This document shows, in pieces, positions 63,470-64,000 of a stretch of 64,000 bases of DNA. Both the position numbers and the translations under genes were made by a program. Each line of letters starts with the position of its first letter. The stretch's first letter is position 1. The stretch is from NCBI GenBank assembly GCA_038245515.1, contig JBBRSJ010000009.1, forward strand, positions 624 through 64,623, written 5' to 3'. The notes beneath the pieces were generated by a model. It made no database searches. It was given only the letters and a program-made list of their open reading frames with translations, and had not been told where the DNA came from. This DNA comes from Candidatus Limnocylindrales bacterium. GTDB taxonomy: Bacteria; Chloroflexota; Limnocylindria; Limnocylindrales; CSP1-4.

Positions 63470-64000
63470 ATGGAACGTGACCTGTCGGACGCAAGCGACT
63501 TCGGTCGTGACGACGGCCCCGACATCGCGCCCGCCAGGGATTCGAACCACGACATCGCCGACGATGCACCGGGTCTCCTCCGCGACACCGCCCCGGACGT
63601 CCTCGCGCCGATCGACAGCTCCGCGCCCGTATCCGGCCATGTCGTCGCTCGCGAGCATCGAGCGCTCGCGGCCGAGACGCCCGAGCACGACTGGTCCGCG
63701 GCGTCGACGATCCTCGTGCCGCTGCTCCGGCCCAGCGAGACCCAGGGAATGAAGGTCACCGAGATCGACCTCGTGGCGCTGGCGGCCGATGCCACGCGGA
63801 GCCACTCCCAGCCATTGCTCGACGAGGGTCCGTGCGACCTGTCGGTCGTGTACGCGATGCCGGGGCCCGGGTTCGACGTGATCGTCAACGGTGGCCACCT
63901 GCTTTCGTGGGGGACCACCGTCGGCGAGGTCCAGGACGCCGCGTTGGCGAACCTCCGAGCCTGGTCGACCACGGCGGCCTGGACCGACGAAGTCTCCGGT
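63470..64000 (+). CDS. Hypothetical protein, 3'-partial (runs off the window)
   Basis: From the ATG at 63470 the frame stays open for 177 codons to the window end, with high GC3. It is absent from the ORF track because no stop is reached. An acidic N-terminus is followed by a globular-looking region. Confidence 0.5.
   Translation, partial: MERDLSDASDFGRDDGPDIAPARDSNHDIADDAPGLLRDTAPDVLAPIDSSAPVSGHVVAREHRALAAETPEHDWSAASTILVPLLRPSETQGMKVTEIDLVALAADATRSHSQPLLDEGPCDLSVVYAMPGPGFDVIVNGGHLLSWGTTVGEVQDAALANLRAWSTTAAWTDEVSG

Noticed and set aside
63533-63552. A tRNA-like T-loop (GGTTCGAATCC) on the minus strand.
   Set aside because: The flanking bases do not form a 5-bp T-stem or an acceptor stem, and the site lies inside a well-behaved open reading frame. 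No other tRNA-like T-loops were seen in the window.
1-64000. CRISPR arrays, rRNA genes, transposases, integrases and prophage structural genes.
   Set aside because: I scanned by eye for regularly spaced direct repeats, DDE/serine/tyrosine recombinase motifs and rRNA-like conserved stretches, and found none. The only periodic repeats are protein-coding: the GAF modules and the 24-bp duplication.

Overview
The window is a 64-kb, very GC-rich bacterial chromosomal segment (roughly 70% G+C by eye, not computed). It is gene-dense on both strands, and at least 15 gene pairs have 4-nt start/stop overlaps (ATGA or GTGA). Gene content looks like a high-GC Gram-positive (Actinobacteria-like or a neighbouring phylum); no rRNA, tRNA, CRISPR array, transposase or integrase was found.

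Gene order, left to right:
- A BNR/Asp-box propeller protein.
- Rrf2 regulator, sufC and sufS.
- An ~11.3-kb accessory stretch (4216-15496). It holds two paralogous ECF sigma/anti-sigma modules in mirror orientation, exported proteins and lipoproteins, gene remnants, an orphan hsdS and a signal-less NlpC/P60 protein.
- sufU, followed by an apparent sulfur-carrier operon: rhodanese-E1, a CysO-like Ubl, CysM, a GNAT, a Mec-like JAMM protein and a membrane protein.
- A secreted BNR protein.
- A SipW / TasA-like / RTX-like secretion cluster.
- A minus-strand operon of nucleoside hydrolase, ECF transporter (S, T, A, A') and histidine phosphatase.
- GNAT and LLM oxidoreductase.
- A 1307-aa protein with two cyclase domains, a STAND ATPase and TPR repeats.
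- Housekeeping genes: GrpB, purE, NUDIX, aldehyde dehydrogenase, ppgK and an SDR.
- A phosphorelay: a 1771-aa hybrid kinase with seven GAF domains, a standalone Hpt, and a REC-adenylate/guanylate cyclase.
- Photolyase and an SRPBCC-NmrA fusion.
- A GS-like / SDR / APC permease cluster.
- A sodC-PadR-PadR-membrane operon.
- fumC, an alpha/beta hydrolase, EthD, a crotonase and a partial ORF.

The most unusual signals:
1. A family of ~82-nt palindromic repeats (full, half and collapsed copies) found only in the first 15.6 kb.
2. A duplicated promoter plus AATCCCGA-N9-TCGGGATT operator in front of both the Rrf2-sufCS genes and the sufU-E1 genes.
3. A CysO-like protein that carries six residues after its Gly-Gly motif, encoded three genes upstream of a JAMM peptidase in the same overlap-linked operon.
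4. An ecfT gene with no canonical start codon.
5. A phosphorelay that ends in a cyclase.

All functional calls rest on motif recognition in the translations. No database search was run.
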